This document shows positions 46,980 through 58,964 of a stretch of 64,000 nt of DNA, piece by piece. This stretch comes from Balanoglossus misakiensis (Eukaryota > Animalia > Hemichordata). A model generated the notes under the pieces. That model was not told the DNA's origin. It made no database searches and saw only the letters and a program-made list of their open reading frames with translations. How positions within the stretch are numbered: position 1 is the first letter of the stretch; the number at the start of each line of letters is the position of its first letter. The stretch is from the NCBI GenBank assembly GCA_040954595.2, contig CM082578.2:2524831-2588830 (forward strand), written 5' to 3'. Position numbers and translations under genes: made by a program.

Positions 46980-49900
46980 ATGTCGTCTGTTGTCTATCCA
47001 TGCGTCGTCTGTTCCCGTGAGGTCCGTCAACGGCAAGAGGCTCTTGCTTGCGACCACTGCAGCAAGTGGCAACATCGAACCTGCAACTCGGGGGTTTCAA
47101 GACCCACCTACCGCCAACTTCTCCGGGAAGAAATCGAGCTTACATGGTACTGCGCTGAGTGTTCACGCTCATCATCATCATCATCATCACCACCACCACC
47201 TGTTGCTGAGATGGAGATGGACATCGATGTACCTGCCGACCCCACTGCCGACCACTCTTTCACCATTGACCAGCCGTACACGCAGCCAGCGGACACCATC
47301 GAAGACAGCATTGCAGACAACGTCCTACCCGACCCCATCCCCAATATCGGCGCAGAGGTCACGACATCGTACGAGTTAATCGAGGGAGCATCGGTACGTG
47401 GTAACGCGATGCTGGTGGATTCCAACGGTTACTCGTACCAGAAAAAAGTCCAGCAAGTCCGTCAACCCCATCTGGCGATGCAGCGCGCGCACGAACAAGG
47501 CCATCAAGTGTCACGCATCTGTCATCCAGAAATAGTCCATGGGCCAGGACCCGATTTTTCATAAATTGGTATCAGAAAGATGGACAAAGCCTCACATAGA
47601 TTTTTGGAAAGGCCTATATCTCTAGATTATAAATTGGGGTGATAGCCCTGCCTATCGAGTAGCTTTCTGCATTTTTTCCCTCAAAAACTAATGTAAGAAC
47701 CTAAAAATTTCCGACCCAAATTTTGGGGGTAGGGGAACTTTAAATTGCTGTAACTCCAGCAAAACTAAAGCCAGAACAGTCATTTACCACTCAAATTGTG
47801 TGTTTTTTAGAACTCTACCAAAATAATATATTTTGGTGGTAATTCGTTTTGAATTGAGGTCAATAGAGGTCAAAAGGTCATGAAATTCGGGTCATTCTGA
47901 ACATTTGTAGTATGACTATTTCTTGAACGATTTTTTTGAACTTAAGTCTTTAAATGTCATTTACAAGATAAAATACTCTCCCAGAATCTATTTCAAACCA
48001 ATAGAAAACCTTATTATTCATTTATGACCAGAAAAACACAAATAAAGAGAAACGACAGAAAGACATCCAATTTTCCACTCAGATTTAAGGGTAGGGGAAA
48101 CTTAAGTTCTTGTAACTCCGGCAAAAATAAACCCAGAACAGTCATCTACCACTCAAATTGTGTGTTTTTTAGAACTCTACCAATATAATATATGTTGGTG
48201 GTAATTCGTTTTGAATTAAGGCCAATAGAGGTCAAAAGGTCATGAAATTTGGGTCATTCTGAACATTTGTAGTATGACTATTTCTTGAACGATTTTTTTT
48301 GAACTTAAGTCTTTAAATGTCATTTAGAAGATAAAATACTCTCCCAGAATCTATTTCAAACCAATAAAAAACCCTATTATTCAATTACGATCAGAAAAAC
48401 ACAAATACAGAGATACGGAAGAATGGCACAAGACTTCAGACCCTGTTATTGGGGTAGTAGTTGTAACTCCGGCAAAAATAAAGCCAGAAAAGTCATCTAC
48501 CTCTCAAATTGTGTGTTTTTTAGCACTCTAGCGATTGTATATGTATTTGTTGCAATTTTGTTTTGAATTTAGGTCAAAGAGGTCAAAAGATCACAAGATT
48601 TGGGTAATTTCGAAAAATTATGGTACGAACATTTCCCGCATTAATTTTTTAAACCCAAGTCTTCAAATGTCATTTATGAGATAAAATACTCTACACGATT
48701 TTTTTTCAGACCAATTGAAGACCTTATTATTCAATTACAATCAGAAAAAAAAATTAGTAGAGAAACGGGATAATAACAAACAATTTCCCACGGATTTGGG
48801 GGTAGGTTTGGCCATCTAACAGGTAAGTATACACCCAATTGATCATGCACATATGGTGTTTAGGAGAATGGATGTGCAAATTTGTGAACCTTTGCATGCT
48901 GCTCATGTGCACTGTACTTGTATGATGATTCCTAACAATACTACGAGAAGGGGCCATTATAGCATTGTAGCTCTGATTGTGTATTATTGTTGGATACCAT
49001 CCTTCAGTGTACAGGCACAGCAGATGACAAGCCAAGCATAGGTTCAAAAATCTGCTTGTTTTTTTTCCTCAACACAATATGAGCATGATCTATTTATATT
49101 CAGGTCCAGTATAATAAATAAAAAAAATGGCCTCGTCACTCTACAAGATCACGCCTCCTGGATAACTTTGCTGAATACAGCTAACATACAAAAATACAAA
49201 CCAATTCAGGACCTCGCCATTGGTTTGGGCGAAGGTGAAATTCCTCAGGTGCAGTACCATCGGAAATGCCGAAGTCTCTTTACGATGAAAAAGGCTCTTG
49301 AATCTATCCTTTCTAAAGAGCAGTCATCATCAACTGAGGGAACCAATACACTGGAACGTAAAAAAGAGGTCGAGCATACAAGGGTCTCGGTGTGATCACA
49401 TTTGCCTATTTTGCTCCACCACCAAGTACATGAAGGGAAGTAGGACAAGAGCTCATTTAGTTCGTTGTCAGCAATTGCGTGCGGACAACACATTAAGGGA
49501 GGCAGCAACAAGAAAAAACGACAGTAAAATTCGTGCACTTCTCAGTCGTGAGTTGGTTGCTGCTGAGGGTCACTATCATAGAAAGTGTTATAGGGACTAT
49601 ACAAGGCCTGATATTCAAGCAGCGTAAGCAGGATTAGAGCAGATGTGGTGATGATACTTTCATGTGATTGTTTTTCTGCTGCAAGAAGTTCTTTTCAGCA
49701 TTGTACTTCAGGTCAACAGTACCTATATCTAGTGAGACGGATATACAAGCACCCTACCATTTACATCATTGTCCCTTTGAATTCCGTATTTAGCGTATGC
49801 TGCAAGTTTTGTTGGTGGAATTGTTAACCTGTTTAACACCAATTTTGGTAACTAACTTGTTTGATAGATCAGTCAGGGGAACTACCTCAGGGTTTGTGAA

Positions 49901-52020
49901 CAAATCATTTCTGATAAAAGAAAATAACTCTTCTTGAGCAATTTGCAGGACATCCTCATAACTAGTATCTTGATCATGTTGACTTTCATCAACCTCCATA
50001 TGACTTGAACCTGCTTGAGCAAAATAGGCAAATGTGATCACACCGAGACCCTTGTATGCTCGACCTCTTTTTTACGTTCCAGTGTATTGGTTCCCTCAGT
50101 TGATGACGACTGCTCTTTAGAAAGGATAGATTCAAGAGCCTTTTTCATCGTAAAGAGACTTCGGCATTTCCGATGGTACTGCACCTGAGGAATTTCACCT
50201 TCGCCCAAACCAATGGCGAGGTCCTGAATTGGTTTGTATTTTTGTATGTTAGCTGTATTCAGCAAAGTTATCCAGGAGGCGTGATCTTGTAGAGTGACGA
50301 GGCTTGCTTTATGGTCGGATTCATGACAGTCGAGAAAACAATCCCGTCGAGCCCTCTTGTGTGGAATAGAAGATGGGTTTGCCATTTTTTATTTATTATA
50401 CTGGACCTGAATATAAATAGATCATACTCATATTGTGTCGAGGGGAAAAAATAAGCAGATTTTTGAACCTTTGCTTGGCTTGTCATCTGCTGTGCCTGTA
50501 CACTGTAGGATGGTATCCAACAATAATACACAATCAGAGCTACAATGCCTTAATGGCCCCTTCTCGTAGTATTGTTAGGAATCATCATACAAGTACAGTG
50601 CACATGAGCAGCATGCAAAGGTTCACAAATTTGCACATCCGTTCTCCTAAACACCATATGTGCATGATCAGTTGGGTGTATACTTACCTGTTAGATGGCC
50701 AAACCTACCCCGAAATCCGTGGGAAATTGTTTGTTATTATCCCGTTTCTCTACTAATTTTTTTTTCTGATTGTAATTGAATAATAAGGTCTTCAATTGGT
50801 CTGAAAAAAAATCGTGTAGAGTATTTTATCTCATAAATGACATTTGAAGACTTGGGTTTAAAAAATTAATGCGGGAAATGTTCGTACCATAATTTTTCGA
50901 AATTACCCAAATCTTGTGATCTTTTGACCTCTTTGACCTAAATTCAAAACAAAATTGCAACAAATACATATACAATCACTGGAGTGCTAAAAAACACACA
51001 ATTTGAGAGGTAGATGACTTTTCTGGCTTTATTTTTGCCGGAGTTACAACTACTACCCCAATAACAGGGTCTGAAGTCTTGTGCCATTCTTCCGTATCTC
51101 TGTATTTGTGTTTTTCTGATCGTAATTGAATAATAGGGTTTTTTATTGGTTTGAAATAGATTCTGGGAGAGTATTTTATCTTCTAAATGACATTTAAAGA
51201 CGTAAGTTCAAAAAAATCGTTCAAGAAATAGTCATACTACAAATGTTCAGAATGACCAGAATTTCATGACCTTTTGACCTCTATTGGCCTTAAGTCAAAA
51301 CGAATTACCACCAAAATATATTATATTGGTAGAGTTCTAAAAAACACACAATTTGAGTGGTAGATGACTGTTCTGGGTTTATTTTTGCCGGAGTTACAAG
51401 AACTTAAGTTTCCCCTACCCTTAAATCTGAGTGGAAAATTGGATGTCTTTCTGTCGTTTCTCTTTATTTGTGTTTTTCTGGTCATAAATGAATAATAAGG
51501 TTTTCTATTGGTTTGAAATAGATTCTGGGAGAGTATTTTATCTTGTAAATGACATTTGAAGACTTAAGTTCAAAAAAATCGTTCAAGAAATAGTCATACT
51601 ACAAATTTTCAGAATGACCCAAATTTCATGACCTTTTGACCTCTATTGACCTCAATTCAAAACGAATTGCCACCAAAATATATTATATTGGTAGAGTTCT
51701 AAAAAACACACAATTTGAGTGGTAAATGACTGTTCTGGCTTTAGTTTTGCTGGAGTTACAGCAATTTAAAGTTCCCCTACCCCCAAAATTTGGGTCGGAA
51801 ATTTTTAGGTTCTTACATTAGTTTTTGAGGGAAAAAATGCAGAAAGCTACTCGATAGGCAGGGCTATCACCCCAATTTATAATCTAGAGATATAGGCCTT
51901 TCCAAAAAACCATGTGAGGCTTTGTCCATCTTTCTGATACCAAATTCCTGTCTGGCCCATGGACTAAAAGGCGAAGACTTTTGTGCAGGATTGCACAGCC
52001 ACAACCACCTTGGGCAGCCC
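46980..52020 (+). pseudogene. PHD finger plus FLYWCH zinc-finger gene (Mutator-like transposase N-terminus), frameshifted and split by an Academ insertion
   Basis: PHD CVVC..ACDHCSKWQHRTC..WYCAEC; LVDSNGYSY, +1 shift in A6 near 47445, then IWRCSARTNKAIKCHASVIQK | GEDFCAGLHSHNH resuming at 51970; TATAAAA at 46864. Confidence 0.8.
47533..51966. mobile_element. Non-autonomous Academ (AcademX-like) element with about 1.9-kb inverted arms
   Basis: TAGTCCATGGGCCAG...CTGGCCCATGGACTA; 3-bp TSD AAA; arms 47533-49416 / 50017-51966, each with about three 360-bp tandem units; transposase N-terminal fragments WITLL..YHRKCR and CLFC..VAAEGHYHRKCY. Confidence 0.88.
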
Positions 52021-52278
52021 TGGTTATTTCAGTTTCAGTTGGTGGGATAAAGATATTGTTTTATTCACTGAAACATGCTGATTGACTAGTTGTCACAACT
52101 CAAGTTGCACGGTGTACATGGGTATAACATAATGATTGAGCATACTTCCATAATATAATTTTGGGTAATGACCAATTAAATGCTGGAAATATCTATGTGT
52201 ATTGTCCATGTACGGGTTGTAAACTCAACCGGCCCCATGATTACAGATCAATGAACATGCTTCAGTGAGTAGAATAAT

Positions 52279-52405
52279 AGAATCTCACACTCCCAAGGAC
52301 CTGTGATCATATTTTTGTCCCACACGAGCCGCAGGCGAGTGTGGGACAAAAAATCCCCAACGAGTGTGAGAAATACGATCCCAGGTCCTTGGTGTGTGAG
52401 ATTCT
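52279..52405. repeat. Imperfect long palindrome with CGAGCCGCAGGCGAG core, at one end of a probable non-autonomous element (to about 52990)
   Basis: AGAATCTCACAC..CCAAGGACCTG / CAGGTCCTTGG..GTGTGAGATTCT and TTTTTGTCCCACAC / GTGTGGGACAAAAA. Confidence 0.75.
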
Positions 52406-53737
52406 TTTTCTCACACGACCAGAAATTTGCAATATTAACGTTTATTTACAATAAAAGGACTAAATCTATGAAATACCAACTGATAACTGCATGACCAGTC
52501 ATATATTGATCCGCCCCTCAAAACATAGTCCCCATTTCATCACGAGTTTACAGTACACACATGCTATAAAAATGTGCTCAACACATTTAAATATGGAGAT
52601 TGTTTCCAGTGGTATAAATTCAAGCGATACCTAGAAAATACAACCGTGTTTTTTAGTCTGTCGCCAACCACATACACCACTGTCGTCTGCACATGACCTT
52701 ATCACATTGTAGTTCAGGTTTGTGTACAACACATCACACAATTGGATAATATTTGTTCGTTCTGAGGGGTATGAATGTCATTATCCAATCAGAGCTCGTG
52801 TCAGATAACAGTTGTCTGTGTGCGCATTAACACAGAGTGTGGAATCAATTTGATCAATTTGATCCCACACTCTCTATCCCACACTCCCAGCGGCCAGGAG
52901 TGTGAGAATATTATATCATAAATATCGTATCAAAAGAGATTAAAATGTTATATCAAACAGTGCAACACTCCCGTCTCGTAAAATAGGTTAAACTTATTGG
53001 CTGCTGAGTTTCCTATTACCATTTCAGTGTCAATCTGATTAAAATCAGATGTAAAGAAATGGTCATGTTTTTTTCTTAAAGTGTTCTACGGTCTTTGACT
53101 TCTATTGTCCTCACCTACATGTAGTCCATACAAAAGACAAGGCAATAGGGTGTGAATCCTGCAACAGATGTCTTTAATCAGACAGTATCAATAAATGCTA
53201 TTAACGTGTGGACTATGCAAGATCAGTTCGAATACAATTGGACTTTTGGAGAAGTTTGCAAAACATTGTACAAGCAGTTTCTGAGACGATGACAAAAATC
53301 TGCTTCCATTGAGGAGTAACAGTGTTTGCAATTTAGATTTTTTAGAAAATTTGATCAAATTCACAATGAGTTGTATTGAATCAGATTTTATTCCCGCCAA
53401 GGACACTTTATCGACTAAAAAAATTGTTTTGTTAGATGGGTCCATACACAATCCCCTGTTAAAATTTGAGCAAATTCGGCCAACGCAGAGCGAAGCTAAA
53501 TTCTTCTGAAGTTGTCAAGAGCAGAAAAAATGCAAACTGAGAAAAACAGCCATTTGCATTGTTGACACCTATTTGTTAAGCTGTGAACTCATTCAGAAAA
53601 GTGCTATTTTTGGGTGATTATGCACCATTTCCGCCAAGACGCATTTGTCAGAATGTGGATCAGTATTAGACCTACCGATTTATGTAAAAAAAAAAAAAAT
53701 GGCAAAAATCACAACTTTTCATGCAATGCCACCTTAA

Positions 53738-55538
53738 CCAGGTCCTGGCAAAATTTTACATTAATTTAAACAGGAATAAACGATGTCATGTCCAAGCATA
53801 CTATTTTTCCTGGAAAAGGGCAAAAAAAATCTTTCAAAAATGTAAAAAAACGTAATTTTAGGGTGACTTTTGTGGTATGCCGCTGATCGTGAAGTTTCGG
53901 ATGTCGCGCGTCCCTAATGGGAAAATGACGTCACTAGTGGAACACAAAAGAATATCATGACTTGCGTTGTGCATTGAACGCCGGCGTCTACTTCAAAAAT
54001 TGTGAAATACAATGTTGTTGGTGGGTGTAGCAACATGAATTTAACGACGGTATATCGATGCAGAGCTTTCCCAGTGACCCAGGAGTAGCTTTGAAACGGG
54101 TTACTAGGCGTACTGACTGAGTAAAATGCAAGACAGGTATCATTTGTGGTGCACACTTGTGTGCGCCAGATCACTTCGTTTGATACGTACGATGGTCAGC
54201 AAGTTATAGGACGAGGCTGGATTTAGTTCAGGTGCCGTACATAAACAGTAAATACCAACGATTTATTTTCCCCACAAATGCAGCAACCCGCTTCCAAATT
54301 CCAAACATGGCCGTGTTTGGAAGCTAGTACTACGACGCGTCGTCGCATTCAGAAATGTCAGCTATTACGGGTGAACCCTAAACACTAGGTCAACTGCTAG
54401 CTGCTCGGAAGTTGTTCGTATTTAGGATACGTATAAAAACAGCAACAACTACCGTGCTAAGACATTTTATTAAATTAATTTATTAAAAAACACCGATTAC
54501 ATGTATGTGGGTTTTGGTTCTTTGTGTTTTAATTTACCTCCTCCATTGGTTTACGCATGGTTTACGCAAGTCGGCTGGTGAAAACGCTCGCTTCCAACAA
54601 ACGCCATTGATGATTGAGGCCATGGCTGTGCTATGGATGCGTTCGGTTGCTAACGGTGCCGAATCTATGATTTTTAATTTGCCAATCGTCACTAGATGAA
54701 ATATTTGACATATTTACACAACCATTTAAATACTGTCTAGATATTTTTGGGTCTATTTACTTTTCTCTTGCAACGATTAGACTTTCACCACGTCGCACAT
54801 GTGCATAACACTGCATGGCCATGGGATTGGGTGGTAAATGTTGTCAACATAAAACAAAAACGGCACGGCAAGTCACGACGGCACGATACAGTACACATCG
54901 CCAACATCCATTAAATTGCTGCTGTATAACTATCAACATTTTGCCGAGTGATTTCCATTCTAACTAAATATGCACACAATTTTAAATTTTAGCGTGTGTG
55001 CACTGTTTGATGCGACTCAATATCGCTCAGCTGTGCAGCACTAGCACTTCGAACATAGTGACGTGTCGATGTTCTAGAAAATGTGTAATGATATTGGCTA
55101 GACATTACGATAGCCTCTACAAGTTGGTCAATATCACCACCTTCGCTGTCACTTCTGGCATCACAAGTCATGCAGCCCCAGTCATCGGTTTCACTTTCAA
55201 AATCGTGCACCACCGCAGGCACCGCGCCGTACGAATGGCAGACATGTTTGTTTATGTGTTCCACTAGTGACGTCACAGGTGTATGGGGTGAAAACGGCGC
55301 GTACTCGGCAATTTCCGGAAAATTCGCGCTGATTTTCTGCACACACTACAACTTTTCAGGCGTTTTTTTAAAGATTGGCGCGATATATTTACATCCATAT
55401 TTGATATTTAATACCAATATATATGCTAGTTTGTATTGTAATATTTTATTTCTCTGTAACAATAATCGAAACAGAGATAACTCTGATACAAATGAGTAAT
55501 GACAACAAAACGGAGCAAAATGTGCCAGGACATGGACT
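53738..55538. mobile_element. TTAA-flanked non-autonomous DNA element, Kolobok-like
   Basis: TTAA|CCAGGTCCTGGCA ... TGCCAGGACATGGACT|TTAA; internal inverted TGACGTCACTAGTGGAACACA (about 53926) / TGTGTTCCACTAGTGACGTCA (about 55255). Confidence 0.6.
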
Positions 55539-56346
55539 TTAAATAAGAATTTAATTATTTGTCAATCAGAATAAAGCCCGTGGAAAACATTTTGGATTTG
55601 CCAGTCATTCAAATTAATGACTTTTTGACAAACTTTGTGTCCTCACACACTGCGCTTATTCTCCTTCCATTAGGATTATTACTGTAGGTTTGCTGTATGT
55701 CAAATGCGTATATATTTCTTGCTAAAAATTTACAAACAAGCAATTAAATTTCAAAGAGTTTATTCCAAAACAAGAAAAAACAATAAATACATCATAATAT
55801 GTAAACATGAATAATATCAAATCACTTTTGATAAAAAATAATCTAGGCAATGAAAACAAGTTTCTGATGAAAGTTTTCTTGTTATAATAGCCACATCATA
55901 TCTGCATGATCAATATTACCACAATAATTCACCCCTGCACAAAAAAACATAACATTGCCCTTCCCACTGATATATAATGGAGGACAGGTTGAATACAAAT
56001 GCCTGGCGGTGAAAGATCACCGCAAGTGAAGGAACTTTATTATCTATGTATTAATTGTTTTTTAGTTTGTCGTGTGCTACAAAATACTTTCATATTTGCA
56101 AGGAAATAAGAAAAGGAAACGCGTTCAAATATGGACTAGCCTGCTCTTTATTATCTGCCTGTCTATATATACATTTATTGTTTTCGTTATTGTCTATCTA
56201 TGTAACGCCGGGAACACACAGACCTGTACGCAGAGCTACAGCCAACCGAGTATAAATTACAATCTGTACAAGCGCTTTCAATTTGTCTTTTCCCATAGGA
56301 TTGCTGGAAAACCCGCGTCTGCTATTGTCATTTTCATGAACGTTTA

Positions 56347-57489
56347 GGGACCGTTCAGTTTTTACGGCAGGGGGGGGGGGGGCTGGCAAGTTTGTGTCAT
56401 CGGTTCTCAAAATCAGGCCGACCCCCCCCCCCCCCTTCACCCAGGACCAAAAAATGATGACCCCCCCCTTTGACAGACCCAAAAATATGATGACCCCCCC
56501 CCCCACGGCCAAAACATTCGCCGTCCTGATCCTATGTACACTGTATGCAATAAAGGGAATGAGGCTCCTCACACCTCAATTATATATTTCTTAAAGTATT
56601 ATTGAAGTATATAATAGTATATCGTTGCAATAAAGAAATCTATGAACAAATTAAAATGACAAGTCAATACAATAGTTGCTAGAATCGGTAAAACAAGAAA
56701 AGTGGCGGGGGTGGGCGTGATAAGAAAATTTTGTAAAATACGGTGCTCAAAGTTGCAATTTAATGAACTCAAAAGCAAATTAATTCAATGTTAGGGAGGA
56801 CAAATTTTAATTATGCTACTCCACTCAAAGTAAGCATCGGGTTGGGGTGGCAAGAAGTCTTCCCTGGTACACTACACAAACCAGTGAATAAATGCAATGT
56901 GGCGAAGAATGGAGGGGGTGGGTGTGTGTCGCCCTCCCACATAAGAAAATTTTGTAAAATATGTAGCGCAAAGTTGAATTTTAATGAACTAAAAAGCAAA
57001 TTATCTAAATGTTTGGGAGGACCAATTTTACTTTTTGCCACTACACTCAAAGTTAGAAGATTTGGCGTCATCTTGTCATGACATCAGTTATAAAACTTCT
57101 AGTATATAGAAGATGCACCGCGAAATCAGTTATGCAAAATGGTTTAAACAATTATTCTCTTTTATGAATTCACTCTTATTATCATCGTTGGGGTTGGGGT
57201 GGCAAGCACTCTGCCCTGGTACACTAGACAAACCAGCAAAAAATGAAATGTGGCGGAGAATGAAGGGGGGTGGTTGTTAGAAAATTTTGTAAAATAAAGG
57301 GTGCGAAACTGCAGTTTTGTGGACTCAAAACCAACAGTTCGGTGGCAAAAGTATGTGACCCCCCCCTAAACTTTTAAAAAAAACAGATGACCCCCCCCCC
57401 CCTTGTGGACTTCAAAATTTAAGTGACCCCCCCCCCCCTGGATTTTGCCGGGCCCCCCCCCCCCCCGGCCGTAAAAACTGAACGGTCCC
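56347..57489. mobile_element. PIF/Harbinger-like MITE
   Basis: TIR GGGACCGTTCAGTTTTTACGGC; TSD TTA; internal tandem duplication (about 56835 and 57185). Confidence 0.88.
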
Positions 57490-58964
57490 TTAGGTCTACA
57501 CATAACTCAGTCAAATGACTTCAAATTGAATGGTAGACAACAATTGAAGGGCCAACGCGCTCAATTTCGAGATAAACTCTGTTTAATATGTTCACCCATG
57601 GGGAAAACGGAAAATTTGTTGCCTCGGTAGTTTTTATTTTTATTATGATCGACTATTAAAACTCACGGCCTTGAATTTCAAAACCAAGCACGTTTTAACC
57701 CCATGCAATTTATTAGCGATCGAAAAAATGCTTAGTAAGGAGAATAAACAGCCAGCAACTTCTAAAGAGAAGTGACAAGACTCTTAATTTTACCAATATT
57801 CTCGCATTAGTATTCTCGCCTACTACAGCATTTGCCACAATTGACAAATGAGCGGACTCCACTTTTCTGCTAACCACCTTTGGAAATATTTATTAGTGGC
57901 TTTCGCTGTGCAGCCGCCATTATTTTTATAGTGTCACTGTCTATACTTTGGGGCTATTTTTCACATACACTGAATGATGACGGAGCTCAGCTAGTGCCCT
58001 CGAGCGATATGTTTTCCATTCTTAGAATATCCAAACGAAAACACACCAAGTTTTCTGCCAGCTGTTTGTATTTTAATTTTCTGGCGTTGAACAAGCTGCA
58101 ATGACTGTGTGGTGCAGTTCGTTTCACTTTGTAGCCTTACTCGGACTATTTTGCAGACACACATGTTAAACTAGGTTGTCGGCATTGACAATCCCATAAA
58201 TAATATGGTATCGACCAGTGCAGGCCCACGTTCCCGTCCGCAGTTCATTTTCAACTTGAAAATTATTTTTATAGTACAGTATTATAATATTATAACCGAA
58301 GCACGCCCTCAACAGGGTTGACCTTTGGCCTGTCAAAAAAACACTCGAGCGCCATGACACTCGAGTGTCGGTGCATCGACCAGAAGTAATATATTGATTT
58401 ATTGTGTCTTCTACTTGAGTCATATCGAGATGAATCAAGGAGTCATGGTCCAAGCAATGATGAGACAGGTAGAATACAGTTTTCAGCCACGATATGATGT
58501 GATACACGACTAAACCCAAACGCAACTGCAGAACCGTAGCTCGAGGTTTAACCTTGTGAGCAAAGGCACACGGCACGATCGCTTCGCGATGGTCGCGATG
58601 GGGCTGCAGTAAGTATGTTTACACCTTTGGTTATAATCCAGCAACAGGCCTGGTTTGGCATGCATATGTGCCTGGTGAAATTCCTCCAACACCTCTTCAG
58701 GCCCTAAAAAAATAATGTTCGCTCTCTTAGACAGCTTCAAGTTGTGATTATAATGGTGGGCCTGTAATTCCTCATATAACCAGTAAACTAGTACAATTTA
58801 CTGTCTCAGACCTGGACAATTGACACCGCTATCAATATTTAATTTGCAAGTAAGCTTACATGAAAACGAGGAAACAGACGTGTGGTATGATTCCACTTTA
58901 TTTGAAATAATGAAATTTGTTATTTATTATCCTTGATGTCATTTCATTATTTATTTTTTTAGAT

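Noticed and set aside
46870-47379. Poly-His ORF
   Set aside because: Alternative frame of the (TCA)n/(CCA)n Ser-Pro linker in the PHD gene.
54989-55342. 117-aa ORF inside the TTAA-flanked element
   Set aside because: No recognisable domain, and it begins in the subterminal repeat region.
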